A stretch of DNA of 64,000 nucleotides from the IMG/VR virus record IMGVR_UViG_3300020061_000005, one strand, 5' to 3'. The DNA comes from a virus. Lineage: Duplodnaviria > Heunggongvirae > Uroviricota > Caudoviricetes. Positions 47,957 to 57,048 of the stretch are shown here, piece by piece. The translations under genes were made by a program, and so were the position numbers. The notes under the pieces are model-generated. The model saw only the letters and a program-made list of their open reading frames with translations, did not search any database and was not told the DNA's origin. Numbering within the stretch: position 1 is the first letter of the stretch; every line of letters begins with the position of its first letter.

Positions 47957-48222
47957 AGCGCGTCACCCTGTGCATCTGCGGCGCCACGATGCAGCGCACC
48001 GAGACTGCGATGGAGTCCGGCAAGCGCTGCATCGTCTTTCAATGCGCAAACTGCTACACCAGGGAGGTCGAGCTTCAATCGCGCTCGGGCGCTCTGCTTC
48101 GATGGTCGCGCGACAAGCACAATCCAGGAGAGCGCAATGGGAGCATTGATCATGATCGGCCTGATCGTGGCGGCGATGATCGTCGAGAATGGCCTGCTGG
48201 AAATAGCGCGATCGATACGTAA
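47953..48222 (+). CDS. Small Zn-finger protein (TTG start); C-terminal extent doubtful
   Basis: CICG...C..C..C. GC3 collapses after about 48130, where an alternative-frame membrane peptide ORF (48136..48246) has high GC3. Confidence 0.4.
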   Translation: MKRVTLCICGATMQRTETAMESGKRCIVFQCANCYTREVELQSRSGALLRWSRDKHNPGERNGSIDHDRPDRGGDDRREWPAGNSAIDT

Positions 48223-48224
48223 CT

Positions 48225-48297
48225 GCGGCAGCAAAAAGGCCGGGTAGTAAGAATTTCAACTCTGAAACCGTGGGTTCGATTCCCACCTGCCGCGCCA
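48225..48297 (+). other. tRNA-like element: canonical T-arm plus 7-bp acceptor plus CCA, but no foldable D or anticodon arms
   Basis: gcggcag...gtgggttcgattcccac-ctgccgc-g-cca. Possible degenerate tRNA, tRNA mimic or att remnant. Confidence 0.3.
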
Positions 48298-48394
48298 ACC
48301 TGGAGGGACTTGTGTCATGTGGTGAATGCATACGTGGACCGCCCTAATCGTGCGGCGCTGGGTTTCCCCAACAATTCACGAGTAGAGGTGTGAG

Positions 48395-48880
48395 ATGGAC
48401 GGACGAGTATTTTTGAAGGTCAAGATCAAGTCGTTAGCCGAGGAGTCGAAGATCATTCGCCACGAGGAGCGCAAGCGGAAGGTGCCACAGCGTGATCGCA
48501 AGCACGGTAAGACGGATACCCCGGTGACGCTGTTCGACGCGGCAGAGCGACGCGAAGGTGATCGCGTGTGGAGAAAGGCGCGACGCGATCGAGCGTGGTA
48601 TCCGCAGTCGGTGGCCGAGCTGCATCAACTCCAGTTGCATCGGGTGAACGTGGTGAGCAAGGAGGCGCGGCTGTCGCACCTCGCGTATGGCTACATCCGC
48701 GGTCGCAACCTAGTGCAAGTCGATGGCTGCAAGGGGCTCACGTACGAGGATGCGGCGCGCGTGAAGGTGATGGTCAAGAAGTACGGCCAGGTGGGTGCCG
48801 AGGATTCGTTCTACGGCTGGCTGGGCGTCCCGCCACCGGATGTAACGGTTGCGCCGACGATGGCGCTGGTAGCAAATTAA
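48395..48880 (+). CDS. Hypothetical basic protein
   Basis: ORF. Confidence 0.5.
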   Translation: MDGRVFLKVKIKSLAEESKIIRHEERKRKVPQRDRKHGKTDTPVTLFDAAERREGDRVWRKARRDRAWYPQSVAELHQLQLHRVNVVSKEARLSHLAYGYIRGRNLVQVDGCKGLTYEDAARVKVMVKKYGQVGAEDSFYGWLGVPPPDVTVAPTMALVAN

Positions 48881-48980
48881 ATGGTGACCGGCCCGCGCGG
48901 ACCTGTGGCGTATGCTGTTTGGACTCACCGTACGCAGGTTCAGTCCGATCGCGCGGGCCGGCCATCTCCAGCGGAGAAAA

Positions 48981-49250
48981 ATGATGAGTGAATTTACCGC
49001 GGACCAGATTTTCCTCTCGGTCAGGCTGCACGAAATCCTCTCGAAGCGTGAGCTGGAAGTGGCCGGACTGATCGCGGATGGCCAGCCACCGGAGGCGATC
49101 TCGAAGAAGTTGGCGCTGAGTGTCAAAACCGTATCGACGTACCGCGCCCGCGTGATGGACAAGCTAAAGCCGCACGGCGTTGAGAGCAACGCGCGCCTGG
49201 CGGTGCTGCTGTTCCAGGCTGGGCTCACTCCTGCGGTCAAGCTGCAATGA
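48981..49250 (+). CDS. LuxR/GerE-type HTH transcriptional regulator
   Basis: LSKRELEVAGLIADGQPPEAISKKLALSVKTVSTYRARVMDKL. GGAGAAAA RBS. Confidence 0.6.
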   Translation: MMSEFTADQIFLSVRLHEILSKRELEVAGLIADGQPPEAISKKLALSVKTVSTYRARVMDKLKPHGVESNARLAVLLFQAGLTPAVKLQ

Positions 49251-49888
49251 GCCATTACGACACCTTGGGCGTTGCGCGCGATGCCACGGCGGCGGAGATC
49301 AAGCGCGCCTATCGCAAGCTCGCGAGCAAGCACCACACCGACCGCGACCATGGCGATCACGACACAATGGCGCAGATCAACCGCGCCTATGAAACGTTGT
49401 CGAATCCGGAGAAGCGCAAGCGCTACGATGCGAGCGGCGAGGACGGTCCCGCGCCGAAGTCGATCGAGGAGAGCGCCACCGAGGCCGTGATGCAAGTCAT
49501 GACGCAGATGGTGGACTCAGATTTCGATGGCAATATTGTGGCGGAGTTGAACAGTCACTTCCGCAAGATGCTCTCTAAGATGACCGCGCAGAACACCGCC
49601 TGCGAGGCAAAGATCGCGAAGCTGCTGAAGCGCCGAGCGAAGATCAAAGCCAAGGAGGGCGTGGTGAATTTCATGCACCAGATCATCGATGAGGCGATCG
49701 GTAAGCTGAAGCAGCGCATCGAAGGTAACAAGCAGCAGGTGCCGTTGTGCGAGATGGCGCTGGCGATCGTTGCGGACTTCACTGACGAGTCGTCGGTTGT
49801 CAAAGCTGACGATGATATGTTCGGCGTCATGCTGCAGATCTTGGAATCGCAGCGCGGCGGTAAACGCGGAGGTGCGTATGGATTCTGA
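49247..49888 (+). CDS. J-domain protein with non-canonical HTD tripeptide
   Basis: YDTLGV...EIKRAYRKLASKHHTDRDHG...AYETLSNPEKRKRYD. The canonical HPD is replaced by HTD. Confidence 0.6.
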   Translation: MSHYDTLGVARDATAAEIKRAYRKLASKHHTDRDHGDHDTMAQINRAYETLSNPEKRKRYDASGEDGPAPKSIEESATEAVMQVMTQMVDSDFDGNIVAELNSHFRKMLSKMTAQNTACEAKIAKLLKRRAKIKAKEGVVNFMHQIIDEAIGKLKQRIEGNKQQVPLCEMALAIVADFTDESSVVKADDDMFGVMLQILESQRGGKRGGAYGF

Positions 49889-50321
49889 GCACATCGAATT
49901 GGTGAAGCGCTTCCGCCGCTTGGTGGTCGACGTGCAGGCCAAGGTGACCGAGATGGACCAGATCGTCACCATGCTGGCCGATGAGATACCAACGCGCCAG
50001 GTGAAAGAGCAGGATGAGTACGGCGAGCCGACCTGGGCCTACATGGTGAAGGTGGCGATCCCGAAGGACATTAAACTCACGCGCCGGCTGCGCGAGTACG
50101 CGGTAGAGGCTGGCTTCCAGGAGAGCGCGGTGTCTGAGCTATGGAATGGTGGGCCCACCTCTGAGGGCTTCGTGCGCTATTACCGGCGCACCGGCAGGAG
50201 GTGGCTCAACTGGTCTTTGGTGTGGATGAAGTGGGTGAGAGATGAAAAAGTCAGGAAACACGGGGTTCCCGCGCGAGGTGGCGAGTCGCGCTTCGACCGA
50301 CTCAGCCGAGTGGGGAAATAA
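49878..50321 (+). CDS. Hypothetical protein
   Basis: GGAGG RBS. Internal Met of the longer ORF. C-terminal part overlaps the next gene. Confidence 0.4.
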   Translation: MDSEHIELVKRFRRLVVDVQAKVTEMDQIVTMLADEIPTRQVKEQDEYGEPTWAYMVKVAIPKDIKLTRRLREYAVEAGFQESAVSELWNGGPTSEGFVRYYRRTGRRWLNWSLVWMKWVRDEKVRKHGVPARGGESRFDRLSRVGK

Positions 50322-50904
50322 GGCGGCCAACATCGTATGGAAGGCACTGCGTGAATCATTCGGTACATCGTGGATCGACAAATTCGGCACCGAGCCATCG
50401 GGTGCCTGGATCGAGGAGATGGGTGGGCTCAAGTACCCACAGATCAAGGGCGCCCTTACCAAAATCAGGAACCACCAGGTTCCGTATCCTGGTTGGGTGC
50501 CATCGCTATCTGAGTTCCTGGGCTTCGTGCGCGGCGTCACGGTCGGCGCCACGGTGCATGATCCAGGGCCGCAGCTCGATGCGGTTGAGATCACGGCCAA
50601 CAAGGTTCTTTTCAGCTACCTACTGAAGCGCAACGCATGTTCAAGCACATCCTTGGCGAAGATGCTGGCAGCAAAGAAGCTGGTGGAGGAGGCGTACCGG
50701 ATCATCATCACGGAGGAGGAGGTGACGAAGGGGGAATTCCAGGACAAGCTGGAGATCCAGTTCAACCGGGTGTACCAGCCAGCGTCGCCGGAGGAGATCG
50801 AAGGCTTCCGGGACCGGCGATTCCATCGATCATCGCGTACTCAGGGGATGTCGAACTCCTCAACGCCAACTGGTCCCTCGACTCAGGCAGAACTTTTGAG
50901 GTGA
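50242..50904 (+). CDS. Hypothetical protein
   Basis: GGTGAGAG RBS. Confidence 0.45.
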   Translation: MKKSGNTGFPREVASRASTDSAEWGNKAANIVWKALRESFGTSWIDKFGTEPSGAWIEEMGGLKYPQIKGALTKIRNHQVPYPGWVPSLSEFLGFVRGVTVGATVHDPGPQLDAVEITANKVLFSYLLKRNACSSTSLAKMLAAKKLVEEAYRIIITEEEVTKGEFQDKLEIQFNRVYQPASPEEIEGFRDRRFHRSSRTQGMSNSSTPTGPSTQAELLR

Positions 50905-51512
50905 GGTTGATCGAAGCCGATGATGATCCCGATCGAGTGCATCCCCTCAAACAGTACGTGCGCCGCCGTGGTGGCCGAGTTGGACAGCTCTTCCATGGGG
51001 TCATCATCCACCATGGTGATAACCATCCGGTCTACGACGACATGGTGCAGTTGGCCGGCTGGGCCGACACCGAGCGAGGAAAAACGGGGCGCTTTTGGCT
51101 CGATGAGGAGGCTGAACGCCATCCGTTCGCAGGTTACAAGAAACGCAATGCAAAGGAGCCAGGGTCTCTTTTCGGCTTTGTGCTTGTACAGCTCACCGAT
51201 GACCATAAACCCGTGGACCAGGATGCGCTGGCCAGTGCGGAGGCGCTTCAGCAGCCGCCAGGGAAACGCAAACTATCGGCCGAGGCGCACCTGATGGTGA
51301 CCAGCCACTGGTTCGTGCAGTACCTGAAGGAGCGCGTGAAGCAACCCAGATCGGGACCGTGGACCGCGGAGAGCGCCAGGCGCTGGGTGAAGTGGAAGAT
51401 CCAGATCGAAAGCCTCTCTGACCTGGACCGCAGCGAGGAGAAAGCGCACCGCTTCCATGAGGAGATTCGCAAACCGTTCGCCAAGTGGAGTGGACCGCGT
51501 GACCGAGACTAA
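50901..51512 (+). CDS. Hypothetical protein
   Basis: GTG overlaps the upstream stop (GTGA). The longer 50637 ORF reading runs against the upstream gene. Confidence 0.4.
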   Translation: MRLIEADDDPDRVHPLKQYVRRRGGRVGQLFHGVIIHHGDNHPVYDDMVQLAGWADTERGKTGRFWLDEEAERHPFAGYKKRNAKEPGSLFGFVLVQLTDDHKPVDQDALASAEALQQPPGKRKLSAEAHLMVTSHWFVQYLKERVKQPRSGPWTAESARRWVKWKIQIESLSDLDRSEEKAHRFHEEIRKPFAKWSGPRDRD

Positions 51513-51708
51513 TGCCGAGCAACTGATCGAGATCAACAAGTTGATCGCCGAAATGGAGCCGAAGGACCGCGTGTTCGTGGAGCGCTTCGCAAATCACTTC
51601 CGCAGTGTGCTCAAGGAAGGTGGCCATCACGCTGGCTGCGCCTACGCGCAGGTCGGCTGCGAGATGGCCGTCATGGTCGAGCGAGAAGCACTAAGCAACA
51701 AGCACTAA
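51457..51708 (+). CDS. Hypothetical small protein (start uncertain; GTG at 51490 or 51502 likely)
   Basis: ORF overlaps the previous gene. Confidence 0.3.
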   Translation: MRRFANRSPSGVDRVTETNAEQLIEINKLIAEMEPKDRVFVERFANHFRSVLKEGGHHAGCAYAQVGCEMAVMVEREALSNKH

Positions 51709-51954
51709 ATGACGTTCGATGAATCTTATCGGTGGCTGCAGATCCACGGCCTGGATATCGGCCAGCTCGCGCTCAACGGGTACGAGCTGGCCAAGCATGT
51801 GATCCTCGCCTATCAGGAGTGGCATGTGGACAAGCTCAACCCGATGAAGCAAGCCAAGCTACTGAAGCTGGTGAACGAGATGGCCCTGGCGAGCCTCACG
51901 GACAGTGAATTGGCCGAGCTGCAGCGGCTGTACGGGTTTAAGCTGCATGAATGA
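51709..51954 (+). CDS. Hypothetical protein
   Basis: ORF. Confidence 0.4.
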   Translation: MTFDESYRWLQIHGLDIGQLALNGYELAKHVILAYQEWHVDKLNPMKQAKLLKLVNEMALASLTDSELAELQRLYGFKLHE

Positions 51955-52406
51955 AGCGCGTACCGCAGGAGATCCGGGAACATTGGCAGCGAGTAGTAGA
52001 GCTGGGCTGCGTCGTGTGCGGCAACATGCTCACCACCATCCACCACGTGCATTCGCGCGAGCTGTCGGCCATGGAGCTAGGTCGCGGGATCTCGCAAAAA
52101 GTAAACCATTGGCTGGTCATTCCGCTGTGCGTGAAGCACCACACCGGCGAGGAGGGCGTTGATGTCATCGGAATCGAAAGCTGGGAAAAAAGGTTCGGAT
52201 CGCAAGTTGACCTACTCCGATCCGTGGGGCATCGAATCGGAATCGACCCATACGAGCGAGCCCGATCTGCTGGACCCTATCGAACAGAGGCCGAACGCAG
52301 TTATAAAAAACGGCGGGCCGCAATTGCTCAAAGGGCTGATGCTGCCGCTGCCGCCATCGGCCAATCGGTACTGGAAGAGCTTCCTGATGGTGCGCAAGGG
52401 GACTAG
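51951..52406 (+). CDS. Hypothetical Cys/His-containing protein
   Basis: CVVCGN...HHVH. Confidence 0.4.
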   Translation: MKRVPQEIREHWQRVVELGCVVCGNMLTTIHHVHSRELSAMELGRGISQKVNHWLVIPLCVKHHTGEEGVDVIGIESWEKRFGSQVDLLRSVGHRIGIDPYERARSAGPYRTEAERSYKKRRAAIAQRADAAAAAIGQSVLEELPDGAQGD

Positions 52407-52782
52407 GTTCCCGCTGCTGATTGCTTCCATGAAGGCGCTCTACACACACGTGCGGCACATGAATGCGCCAGGCGAGGATGCGGTGGCCTACTCCAAGCAC
52501 CTGGAGGAAGTCGCCAACCAACGCGGCTTTCGCTTCTTCACCAACAAGCCACTGCGCGTCGACTTGGTAGTGTGCCCGCGTGATCGGCGCTCGATCGATG
52601 CGCACAACTACGCGAAGGTGATCCTCGATGTGTTCGAGCACATTGGGGTGTACGAGGATGATGCGCAGGTGGAGGACTTGCGGGTGCGGCTGGGTCCGGT
52701 GATCCCTGGCGGGCGAATCCTGGTGTCGCTGTGGGAGATCCAGCCAGAGAAGCAAAAGATTCTCGATGAGGCGTGGCGATGA
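52339..52782 (+). CDS. RusA-family Holliday junction resolvase
   Basis: MLPLPPSANRYW...SIDAHNYAKVILDVF...GVYEDDAQVEDLRV parallels RusA. Confidence 0.65.
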   Translation: MLPLPPSANRYWKSFLMVRKGTRFPLLIASMKALYTHVRHMNAPGEDAVAYSKHLEEVANQRGFRFFTNKPLRVDLVVCPRDRRSIDAHNYAKVILDVFEHIGVYEDDAQVEDLRVRLGPVIPGGRILVSLWEIQPEKQKILDEAWR

Positions 52783-52982
52783 AGCGTGTGGTGTGGCGCT
52801 GCAAGTACCGGCTGAAGCGCGGCCCGCGGGCTGGCCAGATGTGCCAGGCGCCAATCGAGTATTGCTTAGGGCATGTCTCAAACTTCTGCTTGGAGCACCG
52901 GCTTCAGGATCTGATCAAGCGGGCCAATGATGCTGCCGCTCAAGCAGCTCCAGGCAGCGGCCCGCATTCTCCGAAGCCTTGA
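52773..52982 (+). CDS. Small Cys-rich protein
   Basis: WRCKYRLKRGPRAGQMCQAP...C..H. Confidence 0.35.
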   Translation: MAMKRVVWRCKYRLKRGPRAGQMCQAPIEYCLGHVSNFCLEHRLQDLIKRANDAAAQAAPGSGPHSPKP

Positions 52983-53238
52983 TGTACCGCAGGCGCCACT
53001 GCGCCAGGTTCTCGACACCGTGCGCCAGGCGGATCTGGGCGACGCAGGAGTGCATGTCCTTCCAGGCGTAGAGATAGCGCTGTCCTTCCGGTGTATCCTC
53101 TACCCGGCGGTGAAACTCTCGCATGTCGATGTCTTTGATCATGCAACTCGTAATGGACACGATCTTCTGTGACTCGCTGGAATTTACCATTCCATCGGTC
53201 CACCTGACCAATCGCCCCTTCGTGGCGGTCGAGGACAA
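52915..53238 (-). CDS. Hypothetical protein (minus strand)
   Basis: GC3 is about 70% on the minus frame against about 45% for the competing + ORF at 52927..53172. Confidence 0.35.
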   Translation of the reverse strand: MSSTATKGRLVRWTDGMVNSSESQKIVSITSCMIKDIDMREFHRRVEDTPEGQRYLYAWKDMHSCVAQIRLAHGVENLAQWRLRYIKASENAGRCLELLERQHHWPA

Positions 53239-53364
53239 GGTGCGCTTCGCCTGCGAGATGGTGGGGATCGAGCTGATGAACTACGACACGGCGATGATCA
53301 TCCCCAAGCCCGACGCCAATAGCGACGCGCGCGTGTACGGCAAAACCTGGATACGAAAACAGCA

Positions 53365-54045
53365 ATGAGGCGCTGGGCGGCTGGATCCAAGAAAGGACGC
53401 GAGCCGAACAACGAACGGGAGAAGAAGTTCGCCGATGCGTACCTGCGCTCGCACGACGCGCAAGCCGCGTGGCTCGAAGCGGGTTACTCACCCCACACCG
53501 GCACGCGTGAGGCGGCCGTGAAGGTGCAGCTCCTGGCGCCGTACATCGAGCGAACGCAAAACGCCATCGCCAAGGAAGTGAGTAAGGTGTTCGTGCTCGA
53601 TCAGCAGACCATCCTGGATGAGATGATCGCGGTGGCCTTCGCCAATCCGCAGGACTATATCGATGAGGTGGTGCAGATCGTGGATGGCCAGGAGGTGCGC
53701 AAGCACGTGCGCAAACCCATCATGTCGCTCACTCGCTCGCAGGCCGCGGCGATCTCGGAGATCACATTCAACCCGGATGGCACGGTGTCATACGTGCTAC
53801 CTGGCCCGAAGGAGAAGCACCCCTTCCAGAAGGATCTTGGCCAGCACTTAGGGCTATTCCATCCGAAGCTGATCCAGGAGCATCGCCATCGGCATATGCA
53901 CGCGCACATCGACATGAAGGATGTCGACCAGAAATCCCTGTTGGGCGCGGAACAAATGCTACTGCAGGCGCTTGGGCACCGTGGGAACCTGCTTTTGGGC
54001 TTGCAGCCACACCCGGATGACGAGGACGAGTCGGAAAATATTTGA
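53365..54045 (+). CDS. Terminase small subunit (Terminase_2-like)
   Basis: EKKFADAYLRSHDAQAAWLEAGYSPHTG. ATGA-coupled. Confidence 0.65.
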   Translation: MRRWAAGSKKGREPNNEREKKFADAYLRSHDAQAAWLEAGYSPHTGTREAAVKVQLLAPYIERTQNAIAKEVSKVFVLDQQTILDEMIAVAFANPQDYIDEVVQIVDGQEVRKHVRKPIMSLTRSQAAAISEITFNPDGTVSYVLPGPKEKHPFQKDLGQHLGLFHPKLIQEHRHRHMHAHIDMKDVDQKSLLGAEQMLLQALGHRGNLLLGLQPHPDDEDESENI

Positions 54046-54070
54046 CAGGGAAGGTTATACGGGTAATATT
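54042..54070 (+). promoter_or_regulatory. Sigma70-like promoter TTGACA-N17-TAATAT containing the phage direct-repeat motif GGTTATAC-GGGTAATATT
   Basis: Exact -35 and a near-consensus -10 at 17-nt spacing. Sits over the TerS stop codon. Confidence 0.5.
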
Positions 54071-54094
54071 CGCGCCCACAGGAGGTCCAGGGCT

Positions 54095-54274
54095 GTGCGT
54101 GCAAACGTCATTGTGAGAAGCGAATCCAACAGCATCGTTCACCTCGTTGATACCAACATCGACGAGCAGAGCGTGCTGGACGTGGTGGCGCGACTTCGCA
54201 GGGACTACGGCGCCGGCTACAAGATCGACCTGGCACAAATTGAATTGGCGCGGCTGGCAGCAGCCACGCAGTGA
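54095..54274 (+). CDS. Small protein (59 aa)
   Basis: AGGAGG nine nt upstream of a GTG. GC3 about 72%. Confidence 0.4.
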   Translation: MRANVIVRSESNSIVHLVDTNIDEQSVLDVVARLRRDYGAGYKIDLAQIELARLAAATQ

Positions 54275-54278
54275 AAGG

Positions 54279-55045
54279 CGAGCCGGATTGCGGCGGGTTA
54301 ACACCGTTAATGCTATCCCCGTCACTGTTGACACGTTCGCCCCTGATTGAAGTATGCGAGCCGGAGCACCGAGGGTTATCTTCCAAATCTGACATCCCTC
54401 ACCGCACTTACACGTTCGCAGCCGAGTGTGATTCAAGCTGGTTGAGCTGCCTTCGGGTGGATCGATTCAGTGGCAAAAGCCCACCGCATGTACCCGGCGA
54501 TATAGGGGCAACGATTTTGAAAGGCGAGTCGGAAGTGGTTCGTTATCGACTTGTAATCGAGAGGTCGTGGGTTCGAGTCCCATCGGGTGCTTCGGTGCCT
54601 GTAGCTCAGTTGGTCAGAGCGCTAAACGCGGACTGCATTTACACATTCGCCGCTGATTGAGGAAGACGAGCCGGAGTTGAAGGGTTAACGCAAAACTGTG
54701 GGTCGTGGGTTCGAATCCCATCATTCGCTTCGGCGGGTGTAGCTCAGTCTGGTAGAGCAATAGTAAAATATCCTTCTGCGCTACACGTTCGTCGTTTGAA
54801 TTCGGAAGATGGGCCGATAGGGATTGGTTATCTTGGTTAACGTAGGTTCGACTCCTATCGTCACCTGGGCGAAAGCAGAGGTGGCGTAATCCGATCTCGC
54901 ATTACACGCCCATCGTTGATTTTGGTATTCGGGCCGGAAGGGTCTCGTTATCCTTCGCCAAAACTTGAAGGCTTGGTGTAATCAGGTGCACGCCGTTTCC
55001 AACAGGGGACGGAGGATGGGTTCGAATCCCGAGCAAAACGCGAGG
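54279..55045 (+). ncRNA. Array of Y-RNA-like / tRNA-mimic modules (YrlA-like candidates) upstream of Ro60 gene
   Basis: ORF-free region. Two tRNA-like D-arms sit at 54602-54620 and 54740-58. Four T-arms with GGTTCGANTCC loops sit at 54567-83, 54705-21, 54842-58 and 55016-32. Adjacent halves do not pair into tRNAs. Six copies of GRGYCGGARG...GGTTAWC units occur, each preceded by TTACACGTTCGCC...TGATTGA. Boundaries are approximate. Confidence 0.5.
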
Positions 55046-55101
55046 TCTGCTGACACGTCCGAATTTGTTTCTTCCACGACTCAGTATGAGAGGGTCCGAT
55101 C

Positions 55102-56757
55102 ATGGTCAACTACGCAAAGCACGTCTCCCCTGCTGCGACTCCGCAGTCCCAGCCACTTCCTGGCCGCACCGACATGGTGAAGAACGCAGGCGGTGGCTAC
55201 GTCTTTCAGGTGTCCGACATGGAGCGTGTCCGTCGCTTCCTGATCCTGGGTTCCGAGGGCGGCACTTACTACGCATCCGAAGCCAAGCTCACGCGCGACA
55301 ACGCGGCCACCGTGCTGGCTGCGCTCGACGCAGATGCGACGAAGGTCATCGACTTGGCGGTGGAGGTTTCCGACAAGGGCCTGGCACCGAAGAACGATCC
55401 TGCGATCTTCGTCCTGGCGCTCGCGTCAGTCTCGAAGGACGTGGGCACTCGCCAGTACGCGCTGTCGAAGCTCTCGGAGATCTGCCGCATCCCGACGCAC
55501 CTGTTCACTTTCGTGCAGTTCCGCCATGATCTGGGCGGTGGCTGGGGTCGTGGTGCGCGCAAGGCGGTTGCTGCCTGGTACACGAAGCAGTCGCCCACGG
55601 GGCTTGCGATCAATGCGCTCAAGTACCAGTCGCGCAACGGCTGGGCTCACCGCGATCTGCTGCGCCTGGCGCACCCGGTCACGAAGGATGCTGGCATGGT
55701 CAAGGTGTTCGATGCGATCAGCCAGCCAGCGGGTGGCGAGCGTCGTGCGCCGAGCACCTCGAAGACCGAGCCACCGCGTAATCGTGGTGATGGTGCTGGC
55801 TGGGAAGGTCTGCGCTCGATCAGCGTGGTGGATGGCTGGCTGAAGATCCAGGCGGGCGATCTGAAGCCTGCGCAGGCGGCCAAGGTCATCACGGACCATC
55901 GCCTGCAGCGTGAGTTCATCCCGACCGAGCTGCTTACCAGTGCAGAGGTGTGGGAGGCATTGCTGCCGAACCTGGGTTACACGGCGCTGCTGCGCAACCT
56001 GGGCACCATGTCGAAGGTGGGGCTGCTCGCTCCATTGTCGGCCGCCTCGAAGTACGTGCAGGCCAAGCTGGGCGAGGGTGAGTCGATCACCAAGGCTCGC
56101 GTGCATCCGTTCAGCGTGCTCCTGGCGCTGCGTACGTATGCACAGGGCCATGGCTTCAAGGGCAGCAACACCTGGACGGTGGTGCCGCAGGTAGTCGACG
56201 CACTGGATTCGGCGTTCGATCTGTCGTTCGGCAACATCGTGCCAACCGGCAAGCGCTTCATCCTGGGCATCGACGTCTCCAGCTCAATGTCCACGCAGAT
56301 CAACGGTAGCCCGATCAGCTCGGCAGAGGCGGCGGCGGCGTTTGCGATGATCACGGCGCGCACCGAGCCGGCTTATGGTGTGTTTGGCTTCACGGATCGC
56401 TTCCAGGATCTGAAGGTGACGGCGCGCGATTCGCTGGCCACGGTGTGCACGAAGGTGCAGCAACGCAATTTCGGTTCGACCGACTGCGCGGTGCCGCTGC
56501 GCTGGGCTCGTCAGAACAAGGTGGTGGCCGATGCGGTGCTCGTTTACACGGATAACGAGACGCACGCGGGTCCGACGCACGCGCTGACGGAGCTGCAGGC
56601 GTACCGCAAGGAGTCGAGCATCAACACCAAGCTGGGCCTGGTGGCGTTCACCGCGACCGCGCATTCGGTAGCAGACCCGACCGATGCCGGCTCGATGAAC
56701 TTCGTGGGCCTGGATGGTTCGCTGCCTCAGGCGATTGCGGCGTTCGTGACTGGCTGA
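55102..56757 (+). CDS. rsr: Ro60/TROVE-domain protein (Rsr ortholog) with C-terminal vWA
   Basis: GGYVFQVSDMERVRRFLILGSEGGTYY, ICRIPTHLFTFVQFRHDLGGGWGRGARKAVAAWY, KYQSRNGWAHRDLLRLAHP, TALLRNLG, ARVHPFSVLLALRTY and PTGKRFILGIDVSSSMS are all colinear with human Ro60. Confidence 0.9.
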   Translation: MVNYAKHVSPAATPQSQPLPGRTDMVKNAGGGYVFQVSDMERVRRFLILGSEGGTYYASEAKLTRDNAATVLAALDADATKVIDLAVEVSDKGLAPKNDPAIFVLALASVSKDVGTRQYALSKLSEICRIPTHLFTFVQFRHDLGGGWGRGARKAVAAWYTKQSPTGLAINALKYQSRNGWAHRDLLRLAHPVTKDAGMVKVFDAISQPAGGERRAPSTSKTEPPRNRGDGAGWEGLRSISVVDGWLKIQAGDLKPAQAAKVITDHRLQREFIPTELLTSAEVWEALLPNLGYTALLRNLGTMSKVGLLAPLSAASKYVQAKLGEGESITKARVHPFSVLLALRTYAQGHGFKGSNTWTVVPQVVDALDSAFDLSFGNIVPTGKRFILGIDVSSSMSTQINGSPISSAEAAAAFAMITARTEPAYGVFGFTDRFQDLKVTARDSLATVCTKVQQRNFGSTDCAVPLRWARQNKVVADAVLVYTDNETHAGPTHALTELQAYRKESSINTKLGLVAFTATAHSVADPTDAGSMNFVGLDGSLPQAIAAFVTG

Positions 56758-56850
56758 TACGGTGGCGGCCTGGTAGCAACCTGGTCGCCATCTCTAACTC
56801 AACTGAAGGAGGTTCCCATGACGAAATGAAGCCGATAAGGAGGCAACGTC

Positions 56851-57015
56851 ATGGCCCACAAAGAGGGCAAGAAGAACCGCAAGTACGCCAGCAACAAGGT
56901 GGTGTGCGCGCGTTACCGCAGCGAGGGGCGCCAGGAGAAGAACCGCAAGCGCCGCATCCTGCGTCACCTGAAGAAGTTTCCCAACGATCTGTCCGCGCTC
57001 AAGGCTCTGCAATAG
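56851..57015 (+). CDS. Small highly basic protein (54 aa)
   Basis: AAGGAGG seven nt from the ATG. Preceded by a 3-codon uORF (ATGACGAAATGA) with its own GAAGGAGG. Confidence 0.45.
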   Translation: MAHKEGKKNRKYASNKVVCARYRSEGRQEKNRKRRILRHLKKFPNDLSALKALQ

Positions 57016-57048
57016 CGCGGCAACCAGGATTGATCAGCCAGGGATGGC

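Noticed and set aside
48225-48297. Phage integration (attP) next to a tRNA 3' fragment
   Set aside because: No integrase or recombinase gene is visible in the window, so an att role cannot be supported.
52927-53172. Plus-strand 81-aa ORF
   Set aside because: GC3 is about 45% against about 70% for the overlapping minus-strand ORF 52915-53238.
54279-55045. Cluster of canonical tRNA genes
   Set aside because: D-arms and T-arms are present, but 5' and 3' acceptor halves of adjacent modules are not complementary. Each would-be tRNA also carries a 50-100-nt insertion in place of the anticodon arm. This fits tRNA mimics (Y-RNA-like) better than tRNAs.
54279-55045. CRISPR array
   Set aside because: Repeats are degenerate, differ in length and are tRNA-like. 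There are no regular spacers and no cas genes.
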